Notes: a model not told the origin generated them from the letters alone. A stretch of DNA of 64,000 nt from Thermoplasmatota archaeon (GCA_029259115.1 JAPDJO010000018.1:1-64000), one strand, 5' to 3'. Positions 30,504 through 41,291 are shown, numbered from the stretch's first letter. Made by a program: numbers and translations.

Positions 30504-30901
30504 GGTTATCTATCATCATATCCAGAATAGAAATACATGTAAAAAGAGCCAATGAATTGATGAATAGAGATCTATCTGACGATGTGGTATTCAGTGCTCT
30601 ATCCATGGAATGTTTTCAAGCCATAAACTCAGCCATAGACTTGGGAGAGCATCTTGTATCTAAACACAATCTCGGGATACCCTCTACATACAGAGAGATA
30701 TTTGAGATACTTCACAAAAATAAGATAATAAACGAGGAAATTCTTAATGGAATGAAGAAACTCATCTTTTACAGAAATCTCATAGCCCACGAGTATTATA
30801 CCATAGAAGTGAAGGATTTGAAAGAGATTGTAGATATGCTCAATATTCTTCTCGATCTTGTGGAAAGTGTGAAAAGGTATGAGAGTGGTTTGGGTAAATG
30901 A
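30500..30901 (+). CDS. hepT: HepT (DUF86/HEPN) RNase toxin
   Basis: PSTYREIF..L and YRNLIAHEY; ATGA overlap with mntA. Confidence 0.9.
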   Translation: MRLSIIISRIEIHVKRANELMNRDLSDDVVFSALSMECFQAINSAIDLGEHLVSKHNLGIPSTYREIFEILHKNKIINEEILNGMKKLIFYRNLIAHEYYTIEVKDLKEIVDMLNILLDLVESVKRYESGLGK

Positions 30902-30997
30902 ATTTAGGGGGAGCGTTATTCTACCAAGATTTTTCCTCATTAATAAACTCTAACGAAATATTTATAGACGAAAATCTCCTTCTAGTTTTGGGATGGG

Positions 30998-33121
30998 ATG
31001 CTAAACAGAGAATTAGATGATTTAGAGGAAAAGTTAAGATTTATTCACGAAACAATAGATAACTTGTTTAGAGAAGAGACCACACCAAAACCTCCATCCT
31101 TTGATGATATCACAGAAGAGATAGATAATGTTATATCAAGAGGAGAATATGGAGCATTTCTAAGAGAACCTGATCTAACTCCAAAACTTCCATCTCCATT
31201 TGAGAGAAGACCAAGGTTACCGAAACCTTCGAGAATAAAGGAAGAAACGTTTGTTCCAACTGTACAAACAGAACTTCCCTTCCTTATATGCGAGAACTTT
31301 GATAGGGTTGAAGAACTGCTGCTAAATCCTTCCTTCTCTGCTGTATCACTCAATAGAATAGAAGAAATCTCTACATCTGATTTTCTCACCTTCGAATCAA
31401 AGATGTTCAGCTTTAGCGAGTCCAAACAGATTCTGAAACCAAGAAGAGAAAAAGCTACAAAAGCTATAGATGGGTTACTTAAAGAGAGGGAAGAAAGAGT
31501 AGAAGAGGTTCCGACTCCACCAGATAAAGAAGTTGTAGAGGAAAAGAAAGGTTTTGGATGGAAAGGGCTGGGAACTAGATTGATAGTTTACGACAAAAAG
31601 TTGAAGGAATACAAGTATGTGGTAAGAGAGCCAGAGCTTACCGAAGAAGAGGAGAAGATCAAAAATGAGTTGATCAAATTATTCAAACTTCTTGCTGATG
31701 TGCCTGTCTTTGATGTTGATGAAAAGGAAAAACAAAAGATACTGGAAGAATCTTTGGATCAAATCATAAAGGATAACGGGATAAAGATTCCAGAGGAATC
31801 AAAGGATAAGATATTCTACTACATAATGAGGGATTTTGTTGGTTATGGGAAGATAGACATACCGATGAGAGATGGAGAAATAGAGGATATCTCCTGCGAC
31901 GGTTATAGTGTACCAATATTTGTACATCATAGAAAGTATCAGTCTATAGAAACGAATATCAGGTTCAAAGATGGAGAAGAACTCGATTCCTTTGTTGTAA
32001 GGTTAGCTCAGATCTGTGGTAAGCAGATATCTGTGTATTCTCCCATTGTTGACGGAAAACTACCAGATGGTTCAAGATTACAGGCTACTCTATCAAAGAC
32101 TGTAACGAAAGAATCAACATTTACTGTTAGAAGATTTAGAGAGGATCCATTAACTCCTATAGATCTAATAGAGAGTAACACCATGTCCCTCGAGATGGCA
32201 GCCTACTTCTGGTTAGCAATAGAACATGGAGCTTCTATCCTATTCTGTGGTGGCACAGCGAGTGGAAAGACCACTACTCTAAATGCCCTCTCTCTATTCA
32301 TACCACCATCTCACAAGATAATCTCTATAGAAGATACCAGAGAAGTAAATCTCCCACACAAGAACTGGATAGCTGGAACAACCAGGGAAGGATTCTCGAC
32401 TGCCGAGACAGAAAAGACAGGTAAAGATATAGACATGTTCGATCTACTGAGAGCTGCTTTAAGGCAGAGACCTAGGGTTATAATAGTCGGAGAGGTCAGA
32501 GGAAGAGAGGCTTACGCTCTCTTTCAAGCGATGGCTACAGGTCATACTTCCTATGCAACCATACACGCTGGTAGCATACATACCTTAATCCAAAGATTAG
32601 AGAATCCACCCATCTCTCTACCAAGAGCTTTGCTCACATCTCTAGATATCATTGTTTTCATCAATGCCATACCCGTTGGAGATAAACTCATAAGAAGGAT
32701 TACAAGTGTAACCGAGATAATAAAGATGGATCCTGACACCAAGCAACTCATCTTCATGCAACCTTTCAGATGGGTATCCAAAGTAGATGATAGATTTGAA
32801 TGTACAGGTAGCAGCAAGGTTTTGATGGATATAAGATTAGTAAATGATTGGGATGAAAAGAGATTGCAGGAAGAGATAAAGAATAGGATGAAGGTCCTGG
32901 AGTGGATGGTCAAGAATAAAGTCAGATCGTACAAAGAAGTTGGTGCGATAATAGCTGAGTACTACAAAGATCCAAAATCTGTACTTAAGAATCCAGGGGC
33001 TGTACTAAAAAGACTGAAAAAAGAGGAAGAAAAGAGAGAGGAGAAAAAGGAGGAGGAAACAGAGATAACCGGAAAGAGATCATTCCTTGATATCTTTAAA
33101 TTTAGGAGGAAGAAGAAATGA
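30998..33121 (+). CDS. Type IV pilus/T2SS assembly ATPase (PilB/ArlI/VirB11-like) with long N-terminal extension
   Basis: EDISCDG, GGTASGKT, IEDTRE, LRQRP...VGEVRG and GH...TIH motifs. Confidence 0.95.
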   Translation: MLNRELDDLEEKLRFIHETIDNLFREETTPKPPSFDDITEEIDNVISRGEYGAFLREPDLTPKLPSPFERRPRLPKPSRIKEETFVPTVQTELPFLICENFDRVEELLLNPSFSAVSLNRIEEISTSDFLTFESKMFSFSESKQILKPRREKATKAIDGLLKEREERVEEVPTPPDKEVVEEKKGFGWKGLGTRLIVYDKKLKEYKYVVREPELTEEEEKIKNELIKLFKLLADVPVFDVDEKEKQKILEESLDQIIKDNGIKIPEESKDKIFYYIMRDFVGYGKIDIPMRDGEIEDISCDGYSVPIFVHHRKYQSIETNIRFKDGEELDSFVVRLAQICGKQISVYSPIVDGKLPDGSRLQATLSKTVTKESTFTVRRFREDPLTPIDLIESNTMSLEMAAYFWLAIEHGASILFCGGTASGKTTTLNALSLFIPPSHKIISIEDTREVNLPHKNWIAGTTREGFSTAETEKTGKDIDMFDLLRAALRQRPRVIIVGEVRGREAYALFQAMATGHTSYATIHAGSIHTLIQRLENPPISLPRALLTSLDIIVFINAIPVGDKLIRRITSVTEIIKMDPDTKQLIFMQPFRWVSKVDDRFECTGSSKVLMDIRLVNDWDEKRLQEEIKNRMKVLEWMVKNKVRSYKEVGAIIAEYYKDPKSVLKNPGAVLKRLKKEEEKREEKKEEETEITGKRSFLDIFKFRRKKK

Positions 33122-33984
33122 GGTCAACCCCTTACAGCAGGATGTGTAAGAGGATCTTCAAGAAAATTTTCGAGAAGCTCAACATAGAGGAAGACGAAAA
33201 AAACCATCTTCTGGAAATGGCTGATATAAGAATGACCTATGAGGAATACTACTCTATGGCAATCATGAATATGATAATAGCCTTTGTGTCATCTATCATT
33301 GTTTCTTTCGTCATCTATAATCTCTTTCCTTCGAATATTACAGCACTTGTTGTGTTCCTTCTTCCATCCATGTTGACCTTGATTGTATCAAGCTACTATC
33401 TTTCTCTACCAGATTCTAGGGCAAAAGCCAGGGCAAGGAAGATAGATATCCTTCTTCCTTATGTCACCAATTTCATAGCAACTATGTCCTCGGCAGGCAT
33501 ATCTCCAGGTGAGATTTTCAAAAGACTATCCACGGTTGATCTCTATGGAGAGATACAGAAGGAAGCTAAGAAGATAGCCAAAGAGATATACATCATGGGA
33601 ACAGATACCGTAACTGCATTAAAGCATGCGATAGAGAGATCTCCATCGAGAAAATTCAAGGATTTTATCCAAGGGATAATATCTACAATTCAATCCGGTA
33701 GTGATCTAAATGAGTACTTTAAAAACATCGTTGATAAGTACATGCAAGAAGATTTGTTAGAGAGAAGGAAGAATTTGGAATCTCTAGCGATAATAGCTGA
33801 GATTTTCGTTATCTCGGTGATAGCCTTTCCATTATTTCTAGTGATAATAATATCAACCATGAGTTTGACATCGAGTGGAGGAGCTATTCCTTTCGATTTT
33901 CTCTATATACTATCCCTACTTATTCTTCCTATGGCATACTTTGGATTTTATGTTCTCATGAAATCAACAGCGGTGGAGGTATGA
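33118..33984 (+). CDS. TadC/ArlJ-like T2SS-F membrane platform protein
   Basis: IDILLP...MSSAG, YGE, SPS..F..F...G; TM segments. Confidence 0.9.
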   Translation: MRSTPYSRMCKRIFKKIFEKLNIEEDEKNHLLEMADIRMTYEEYYSMAIMNMIIAFVSSIIVSFVIYNLFPSNITALVVFLLPSMLTLIVSSYYLSLPDSRAKARARKIDILLPYVTNFIATMSSAGISPGEIFKRLSTVDLYGEIQKEAKKIAKEIYIMGTDTVTALKHAIERSPSRKFKDFIQGIISTIQSGSDLNEYFKNIVDKYMQEDLLERRKNLESLAIIAEIFVISVIAFPLFLVIIISTMSLTSSGGAIPFDFLYILSLLILPMAYFGFYVLMKSTAVEV

Positions 33985-34865
33985 TAGGAAAAAAGTATAA
34001 CCTGAAGAAGATATACAAGGAAGGGAGGCAAGATCTACCAGTTATACTGATAAGTGCCTTTCCAACAACTATTTTTATCATCATAGCCTTTTTTTCTCTT
34101 ATGGGAATGACTAGTTTTTCCAAAGATAATGTAGTAGATTTTATTCTCTTAGCGATCCTTTCCTCGCTGGGTCCAATAGGGTTTTATAACTATCACAAGC
34201 TAAGAATAAAAAGAAAGATAGAGGAAAAGCTACCCGATTTCCTTAGAGAGATAGGCAGCTCCACATCATCTGGAATGACTGTATTCGATGCTGTCAGATC
34301 TGCATCAAAGAGAGATTACGGGCCATTAACCAAGGAGATAAAGATGATGAATGCTCAGCTTTCCTGGGGAATATCTGTAAAAGAAGCTCTTGTAAATTTC
34401 TCCAAAAGATTAAAATCCCCACCTGTAGAGAGAGCTGTTCTCACCATAAATCAAGCTTTGGATATGGGCGGCAACACCTCAGAAACTTTTTTCGCTGCAG
34501 CCAAGGAAATAGAGCAGATAAAACTCATAGAACAACAAAGGCGAACAGAGATGTCAATGTACAGTATAGTGATTCTTCTGAGCTTCTTCGTTTTTCTTGC
34601 TGTGATCTTGATAATCAATCAAACAATCTTTGCCGAGTTTTTCAAACTTCAAAAAGAAATCGGTGGAGCAAGCATGGGAGGATTTGGTTTGGGGCATATA
34701 GACAAAGATGCTCTTAGGTATGCTTTTTTCTCTTTTACCTTTGTCCAGAGTATAGGAGCTGGATTGCTTGGAGGATTCATGATGGATGGTAACCTTTCGT
34801 CGGGCGTGAGATATAGCTTTATTCTTCTGCTAACTTCTTTCATAGCTCTCAGGTTCTTGATGTAG
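33981..34865 (+). CDS. Second TadC/T2SS-F membrane platform protein
   Basis: LPDFLRE...SGM, YGPL..E and SWG motifs; TM segments. Confidence 0.9.
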   Translation: MIGKKYNLKKIYKEGRQDLPVILISAFPTTIFIIIAFFSLMGMTSFSKDNVVDFILLAILSSLGPIGFYNYHKLRIKRKIEEKLPDFLREIGSSTSSGMTVFDAVRSASKRDYGPLTKEIKMMNAQLSWGISVKEALVNFSKRLKSPPVERAVLTINQALDMGGNTSETFFAAAKEIEQIKLIEQQRRTEMSMYSIVILLSFFVFLAVILIINQTIFAEFFKLQKEIGGASMGGFGLGHIDKDALRYAFFSFTFVQSIGAGLLGGFMMDGNLSSGVRYSFILLLTSFIALRFLM

Positions 34866-34909
34866 AGAGGTTTAAATAATAGGAGGGACAAAGATATATC
34901 TGAGGAGGG

Positions 34910-36250
34910 ATGAAATTCAGATCCATACTCAGAGATAACTATGCATTATCATCCCATGTACTAGATACAGCTCTGCTTCTAGGTATAGCTATAATAGCGT
35001 TTGGTGTTGTATCCTCAAATTTTTTTCCCTTAATTCTCCCAACCCATCCTCCAAATGTTGATCTATCTGCTTACATAAGAGGAGATTATGTATTTATAGA
35101 GCACATGGGTGGAGAGAGCTTAAAGTATAATAAAACGAGAATAATCGTAAGTATAGGCGATGAAGCTAAGAATAAACCACCACTTATCGAAAAGAATAAC
35201 AACGGTTTGTGGGAATGTGGTGAGTATGTATGCTATTTTTACAATACCACCGATTTAGTGAGTATACTAGTTATAGACGAAGAGACAAATTTTATACTCT
35301 TGCAAGGTAATCTGAAGAGAGGAGAGGTTTCATGGATAGGAGCAACACCTCCTATCTTGGTATCTAGTTTAAGAACCAACAGCGATGATGAAGATCTCAT
35401 ATGCTATGCTTTGCCTCAGGAAAACTTCAACGCAAAAACATATATTTACAACTGGAAGAAGAATGGAGAATCCATATTCGAGGTTCTCCTCCCATTTGAC
35501 AGTCAAAGCAATAGCCTTGCAAAGGACTACTCTGGAAATGGTTATGATGGCACAGTAGATGGTGCAACATGGATAGCCGATGGCAAAGTGGGTGGAGCCT
35601 ACAGTTTTGATGGTATAGACGACAAGATAGGAATATCTTTACCAAACGTATTCAGGGATTTAAGCAATAACTTCACGATCTCTCTCTGGATAAGAAGTAG
35701 GGATATAGTAACGAATAGCACCAAAATAAAAACAATAGTTGAGATATACATAGATGAAAACAACTCCCTACAGATATTCCAATACAACTCTTCCTTCCAA
35801 TTTGGATTTAAGGTAAATGGGGACAAAAAACAGGCTTTGAGAACGTCAGAGTTGCAAGAAAACCAGTGGTATTTCTTGAGCATAGTATGGAACTCTGGAA
35901 GTCCTTTGGTATATCTGAATGGCACCTTGAATATGTCGCCTGGCGCAAGAGAATATCCAGAAGGAAATAAAAGTAGTCTTGTCATTGGTCAATTGAGTAA
36001 TGGAAATAATAGCTTCAATGGAGACATAGATGAGTTCTATATCTATAGATATGCCAGATCTTCTCAACAGGTGTACCAAGATTATCTGGACACGAAAGAT
36101 GGATCATCTGATCACAGAACCTTGGTTGCAAGTGAAACTAGCTTGGGTGATGCTTGGTCATGCACAATTACACCTAACAACTCATTAACAGATGGGGACA
36201 CCATAGATTCTGAGGTTCTGGTTATCCAAGCATATGGGGGTGGGACATGA
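34910..36250 (+). CDS. Pilin-like protein fused to a LamG/concanavalin-like domain
   Basis: NYA|LSS hydrophobic N-terminus, HMGGESL pilin motif, then DYSGNG, FDGIDD, FTISLW and FNGDIDEF. Confidence 0.85.
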   Translation: MKFRSILRDNYALSSHVLDTALLLGIAIIAFGVVSSNFFPLILPTHPPNVDLSAYIRGDYVFIEHMGGESLKYNKTRIIVSIGDEAKNKPPLIEKNNNGLWECGEYVCYFYNTTDLVSILVIDEETNFILLQGNLKRGEVSWIGATPPILVSSLRTNSDDEDLICYALPQENFNAKTYIYNWKKNGESIFEVLLPFDSQSNSLAKDYSGNGYDGTVDGATWIADGKVGGAYSFDGIDDKIGISLPNVFRDLSNNFTISLWIRSRDIVTNSTKIKTIVEIYIDENNSLQIFQYNSSFQFGFKVNGDKKQALRTSELQENQWYFLSIVWNSGSPLVYLNGTLNMSPGAREYPEGNKSSLVIGQLSNGNNSFNGDIDEFYIYRYARSSQQVYQDYLDTKDGSSDHRTLVASETSLGDAWSCTITPNNSLTDGDTIDSEVLVIQAYGGGT

Positions 36251-38223
36251 GGATCAAATACTTGCTTCTTCTTGGATTTTTACTCTTCTGCTCGGCTATC
36301 ATACTAATGGTCACAGATAGTGCAAAAGCAGGATCTTATAATGGCACAGACATAGCTCTAGCGATACTTCATGATCCTTCAACATTGATATCTTCATATT
36401 ATGAAGATAGCGATCCAACCAATCAGTTCAGACAGAGAGCCATACTTGACTCCCTAGGGATACTGAGCCCAACAGATGGGGATACGTTTGCTATGCTAAG
36501 CACTGGAATAGCTGGAGCTACACCAGTAACGACGAATTCTGAAGACCCTGGAAGTGAAGAGGGAACATGGTTCGGACCTCATTCTCCAGGTCCAAGGGGA
36601 CCTTTCGATCACGCAAAATTGATACTCAATCTCACGGTACCTGAAGGCATGCATAATGTATCTTTCGATTTGCAATTTTTCAGCATGGAATATCCTGACT
36701 TCGTAGGTACTATCTACAACGATAAAGTCAATGTTACGGTTATATCTCCTTCTAAAGGTATAGGATACTATCAGTTCGATGTTAACAGTGGAGATTTTGT
36801 CATGAAATCTAGAGATATACCCGGAACAGGTTTTGATCTATTTGCTGTAAGGTGGAGCTGGTGGTATAGGAAATGGGTACCAACGTCGCCGTCGGGAGTA
36901 GATACAGTAACCACTACTCCTTATTGGAGTGATGATGCAGGAGCTGGCGCTCTCATAACAAGAGTATTTCCGGTATCTCCAAACGAAAACATTACTATAA
37001 TATTCCAGATATGGGATGCTGGAGACAATATATTTGACAGTGCTGTCTTCATAGACAATGTGAGATTTTCAGGATATGGCTATCCTGATGTCAAAGCTGT
37101 TAAAACTTGGCAAGATGTGAATGGTGATACCCTCCAACCTGGAGATAGGATTAAATATACCATAACTTTGAGTAACATAGGCAACGTTTCCTTACCGGAT
37201 AATCCAGGTTATGAGTTTGAGGATCCCATTCCAGACAACACAACTTTCGTTCCAGGCTCTATATACTGTAGCTCTGGTACTTGCACCTATTTAAGTGATG
37301 AAAACAAGATAGTTTGGAGTGGAAGCATACCAAAAGAGAGTAGCGTACTTATAACATATCAAGTCGAGGTTTATTCCAATCTTACCGAGACTTCCATAAT
37401 ATCGAATCAGGGTACGATGTACTGGGATAAAGATGAAGATGGAACAAACGAAGCAACCGAACTCACAGATGATCCAAGTATAGATGATGGGATAGATCAA
37501 GACGGAGATGGTGAAACATGGGACGATGATCCTACCATAGCTGTTGTTCTACTAGAGAACCTTTCTGAACTATCAGAGGACTTCTCAGATGATACGCCTG
37601 GCGCGGGAGCGAGTCAAGACTTTTATGGATTTGATTGGTTTGATACGAGCTTCTCTGATGATCAGGGATACTTTGGTGTAGCAGGTGGCTATTATTACTC
37701 CACACCCAATTCCTTCAAAGTGCAGATGAGATCGAACATGAGTAAACAGTATTGGAATTACAGCTTTGGTTGGCTATCATCGGAGCCGAACGTAAGTTAT
37801 TGGGAAGTATATTTTGCATGCGGGAACAACAGCGAAGAATCTGATCTCATCTTATCATTCAAAGATTCTGAAGGAAATGAGATCGCTAGGTTGAAATTTG
37901 ATTATGAAAACACTGGTAGCGATCTTCCAAATAACTTTGCGCCTTGCCTGTATTACATGAATAGAGATGAACAATGGGTTAAGATTTCTACAGATTATCA
38001 AAATGGATATCTCTACAATGGATGGTATAAACTAAGGATAGAAACAAACGGTACCAAACTTGATTACATACTCTACAGAAATGATAACATTACCGATAGA
38101 AAGACCGATTATTATCTGGAGGTTGAACTTTCTGGGCTATCAAAAGTAGAATGGTACTCTACCAAGAATCCTGTCGTCTGTCCAATGTTTTTCTTTGATG
38201 AGCATAAAATAGGATTTTCCTAG
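36247..38223 (+). CDS. Secreted adhesin-like protein (choice-of-anchor-L-like + DUF11-like domains)
   Basis: Signal peptide; LSTG, F.S.EYP.FVG..YND, DAGD..FDSAVFIDN and PGD.I.YTI...N.G motifs. Confidence 0.75.
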   Translation: MRIKYLLLLGFLLFCSAIILMVTDSAKAGSYNGTDIALAILHDPSTLISSYYEDSDPTNQFRQRAILDSLGILSPTDGDTFAMLSTGIAGATPVTTNSEDPGSEEGTWFGPHSPGPRGPFDHAKLILNLTVPEGMHNVSFDLQFFSMEYPDFVGTIYNDKVNVTVISPSKGIGYYQFDVNSGDFVMKSRDIPGTGFDLFAVRWSWWYRKWVPTSPSGVDTVTTTPYWSDDAGAGALITRVFPVSPNENITIIFQIWDAGDNIFDSAVFIDNVRFSGYGYPDVKAVKTWQDVNGDTLQPGDRIKYTITLSNIGNVSLPDNPGYEFEDPIPDNTTFVPGSIYCSSGTCTYLSDENKIVWSGSIPKESSVLITYQVEVYSNLTETSIISNQGTMYWDKDEDGTNEATELTDDPSIDDGIDQDGDGETWDDDPTIAVVLLENLSELSEDFSDDTPGAGASQDFYGFDWFDTSFSDDQGYFGVAGGYYYSTPNSFKVQMRSNMSKQYWNYSFGWLSSEPNVSYWEVYFACGNNSEESDLILSFKDSEGNEIARLKFDYENTGSDLPNNFAPCLYYMNRDEQWVKISTDYQNGYLYNGWYKLRIETNGTKLDYILYRNDNITDRKTDYYLEVELSGLSKVEWYSTKNPVVCPMFFFDEHKIGFS

Positions 38224-38224
38224 T

Positions 38225-38884
38225 TCACTCCCTTATGCCGTAGTAGAATTTTATCTCTCTCATGTAGTTTTCCATCTCTTGATCAAACTGATTGTAATAT
38301 GGACTCAGCTCGTTAAATATATCCATCTCATGACTAGCTTTTGCATTCTCGCCATCTTGATAATAAATAGATGCATTCTCTAGGTGCCAACTCATAAGAT
38401 TGCCATAATAAGTAAGATTGATAGCAGAGTGAGTGTAGTTGATATAAAGCTCTAAGATCACGCTGTATTCCTCGGTTGATGAATTTGTAGATAATAGCAT
38501 GTAGTGAAGAGCTTTTTTAAATACATAGTTGGATCTGTTGAAATAGAACTTTGCATCAAAAGTGAGATTCTTGGTTTTCTCGTAATCTTTCCTTTCAAAC
38601 CAGAAGTTTGCTTTTTCTAGATTAATCTTTGCATTCTTTAGATCATCTCTAGCTGTATCCAAGTAAGTTAAAGCCATGGACATGTTGTCAACGAATTTCT
38701 TTGCCTGAGATGTTACAAACTCTATCTTTTCTTCATAGACCACCCTTACTTCTTGTAACCTGATCCTGTTTTGATAATCTGCAATAATATAGGTCATGGT
38801 TATCACAACAATCATTATGGATACCATTCCCAAAAATAGTGTTAAATCAAACTCTCTTCCAGCGAACTTCACCCTCCTCATCAT
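38225..38884 (-). CDS. Single-TM helical hypothetical protein
   Basis: N-terminal TM helix followed by an amphipathic helical region. Confidence 0.7.
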   Translation of the reverse strand: MMRRVKFAGREFDLTLFLGMVSIMIVVITMTYIIADYQNRIRLQEVRVVYEEKIEFVTSQAKKFVDNMSMALTYLDTARDDLKNAKINLEKANFWFERKDYEKTKNLTFDAKFYFNRSNYVFKKALHYMLLSTNSSTEEYSVILELYINYTHSAINLTYYGNLMSWHLENASIYYQDGENAKASHEMDIFNELSPYYNQFDQEMENYMREIKFYYGIRE

Positions 38885-38897
38885 TTGAAAGAATAGA

Positions 38898-39482
38898 CTA
38901 AGGATATAAAGAGTTGTTGTTTCTTAAAGAGATTCTGTAGGAGTATAAATCCTCAAAAAATATGTGCCTCTTCGTTATCACCTCAAATTCATAGATACTG
39001 TTATATTTTTCTTCTAAAAACTCTCTATTGGTCAAGCTGCTCATAACCATATAAATCTCCCCACCAGTTTCAAGATATCTCCAGGCATCTCCAAGAAATC
39101 TGTCAATAACCTCTACTCCTCCTTTGCCTCCGTCCCAAGATATATCCTCTCCTTTGGTGGGAAGATAAGGTGGGTTGAATGTTATCAAATCAAATCTTTC
39201 ATCAATATTTCTAAACAGATCAGTTTTTACAACTCTAAGCCTAATGTTGTTTATTTCCGAGTTGAGTATGGTATTCTCTATAGCTTTTTCACTAATATCA
39301 GCAGCCACTACATCCAGACCAGATTTTGCTAGATGTAATGCTACTATTCCAGTTCCACAACCCATGTCAAGCGCTTTTTCGTGCTTCTCTATGTTTATAG
39401 ACTCTATGAGAAGATAGCTATCATCAGCTGGAGGGTAGACGCCAGGCAGCACCCTTATTTTTATATCCTGATCTATTTTCAC
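38898..39482 (-). CDS. HemK2/PrmC-family protein-glutamine methyltransferase
   Basis: VYPPADDSYLL, LDMGCGTG, FNPPY and WDGG motifs. Confidence 0.92.
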   Translation of the reverse strand: MKIDQDIKIRVLPGVYPPADDSYLLIESINIEKHEKALDMGCGTGIVALHLAKSGLDVVAADISEKAIENTILNSEINNIRLRVVKTDLFRNIDERFDLITFNPPYLPTKGEDISWDGGKGGVEVIDRFLGDAWRYLETGGEIYMVMSSLTNREFLEEKYNSIYEFEVITKRHIFFEDLYSYRISLRNNNSLYP

Positions 39483-39527
39483 GGGAAAAGTATAAGTTCG
39501 GGTATTTTATATATGAATTGGGATGGG

Positions 39528-41291
39528 ATGAAGGTAAAGATAGCACTGATTGGTCTACTAGCTTTCATCGTGTTCATAATAGTTCTCATCTCCTCTAATG
39601 CAAAAACTATAGTTGTAGACAAAACTGGAGGTGGAGACTTTTCGAGCATAGGAGAGGCTATAGAAAATGCAAGTGATGGAGATATAATATTTGTAAAGTC
39701 TGGTGTGTATCAGGAAAATCTAATTATCGAGAATAAAAGCATATCTATAATGGGGGAAAATAAGGAAGAGACAATAATAGAGGCATTGAACAATGGTCAT
39801 GTTTTGAGACTCTACAATGTCAGTAGCTCCAGCATATCTGATTTAACTATCAGAAAGGCAAAAGGCACAGGAAATGACTGCATATTTCTAGAGTACTGTA
39901 CCAATGTAACTATAAGTAACTGTGTAATAGAAAACAGCCAAGATAGTGATGGCATATCTATGTATAGATGTTCAAATATAAGCGTAAGAGGATGTGATAT
40001 AAGGTATAATTCTCAAGGTAGCGGGATAATAATGATGTTTTGTTATAACAACACTGTTACTGGAAACACAATATACGAGAATCAGAAAGGTATAACTATA
40101 CAGTATCTGTCCTCTAACAATAAGATAATCGAGAATACAATCAAAGACAATACCCTGTATGGTATATGGATAATAAGCTCTTCTTCAGATAACATAATGT
40201 CCAAGAATACCTTCCAAAACAACAACCCAAATGCTGAGGATAAATGTTCAAATTTCTGGTATGATCCTATCGAGAAAAAAGGAAATTATTGGGACGATTA
40301 CCAAGGCAAAGATTCCAATCATGATGGAATAGGAGATACACCGTATCAGATACCTGGGGGAGATAACCAAGATATCTATGTTTTAGGTTTTTTTGCTCAA
40401 GAAGAGCCATCTCAACCTAAGAATCAAAAACCTGTAGCTGATGCAGGAGGAGAGTACCATGGAATGGTGAATTCAAGTATAACCTTTGATGCTTCCCAGA
40501 GCTATGATCCTGATGGAGAGATCGTTGAATATATCTGGGATTTTGGAGATGGAAGCATAGGAAAAGGTAAAGTGGTTACCCACTCGTATTCTTCTCCAGG
40601 GGATTACACAGTAACTCTAACCGTAAGGGATGAAAGAGGAGCAGAGGATGATGATGTTACAACTGCTCACATATCTGAATATGTAGAGAACAAGGAGCCT
40701 GTTGCGATCATAGAGTTGAAGGATTATGCAATAGTCGGAGAGATCCTAGAGTTTAACGCTTCGAAAAGCTATGATCCTGATGGTGAGATAGTCAACTATG
40801 TTTGGAAATTTGGAGATGGGAAGGTTGCATATGGAAAGGTTGTTGAGCATGCATACTCTGAGTCTGGAACTTATAATGTAACTTTAGAAGTGGTGGACGA
40901 TCTTGGATATACGAACTCGACCAAGAAATCTATAACTGTATTGCCTGAGGGAGGAGAGATAAAGGCAGACTTCTCTGTAGAAACTAATCTACTATTTGTT
41001 GGCTCAGATATAGTATTCAATGCCTCCAAAAGCTCAGGAAGTATAATCTCGTACATATGGAGCTTTGGAGATGGAGAAAACATAACAACCTCTCTACCCA
41101 TATGCAATCACACCTATCTCAAACCAGGGATATATCAAGTGAATTTAACAGTTGTCGGAGCTAACGGGGAGAAAGATACAAAATCCATTACTATAGTAAT
41201 CGAGGGTGCATGGAAAAAGGATACGCCTGGCTTTGAACTAATATTCGTAATACTTTCTATCGCAATATTCTATGTGGTGAGGAGGAGATGA
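39528..41291 (+). CDS. Surface protein: NosD/pectin-lyase-like beta-helix + 3 PKD domains + PGF-CTERM
   Basis: Beta-helix repeats, GNYWDDY, three W.FGDG PKD units and C-terminal TPGF+TM+RRR (archaeosortase A signal). Confidence 0.9.
   Translation: MKVKIALIGLLAFIVFIIVLISSNAKTIVVDKTGGGDFSSIGEAIENASDGDIIFVKSGVYQENLIIENKSISIMGENKEETIIEALNNGHVLRLYNVSSSSISDLTIRKAKGTGNDCIFLEYCTNVTISNCVIENSQDSDGISMYRCSNISVRGCDIRYNSQGSGIIMMFCYNNTVTGNTIYENQKGITIQYLSSNNKIIENTIKDNTLYGIWIISSSSDNIMSKNTFQNNNPNAEDKCSNFWYDPIEKKGNYWDDYQGKDSNHDGIGDTPYQIPGGDNQDIYVLGFFAQEEPSQPKNQKPVADAGGEYHGMVNSSITFDASQSYDPDGEIVEYIWDFGDGSIGKGKVVTHSYSSPGDYTVTLTVRDERGAEDDDVTTAHISEYVENKEPVAIIELKDYAIVGEILEFNASKSYDPDGEIVNYVWKFGDGKVAYGKVVEHAYSESGTYNVTLEVVDDLGYTNSTKKSITVLPEGGEIKADFSVETNLLFVGSDIVFNASKSSGSIISYIWSFGDGENITTSLPICNHTYLKPGIYQVNLTVVGANGEKDTKSITIVIEGAWKKDTPGFELIFVILSIAIFYVVRRR

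Noticed and set aside
26242-34865. Archaellum (flagellar) operon
   Set aside because: The subunits are DUF1628-type pilins rather than archaellins, there are two separate TadC genes, and arlC/D/E/F/G are absent.
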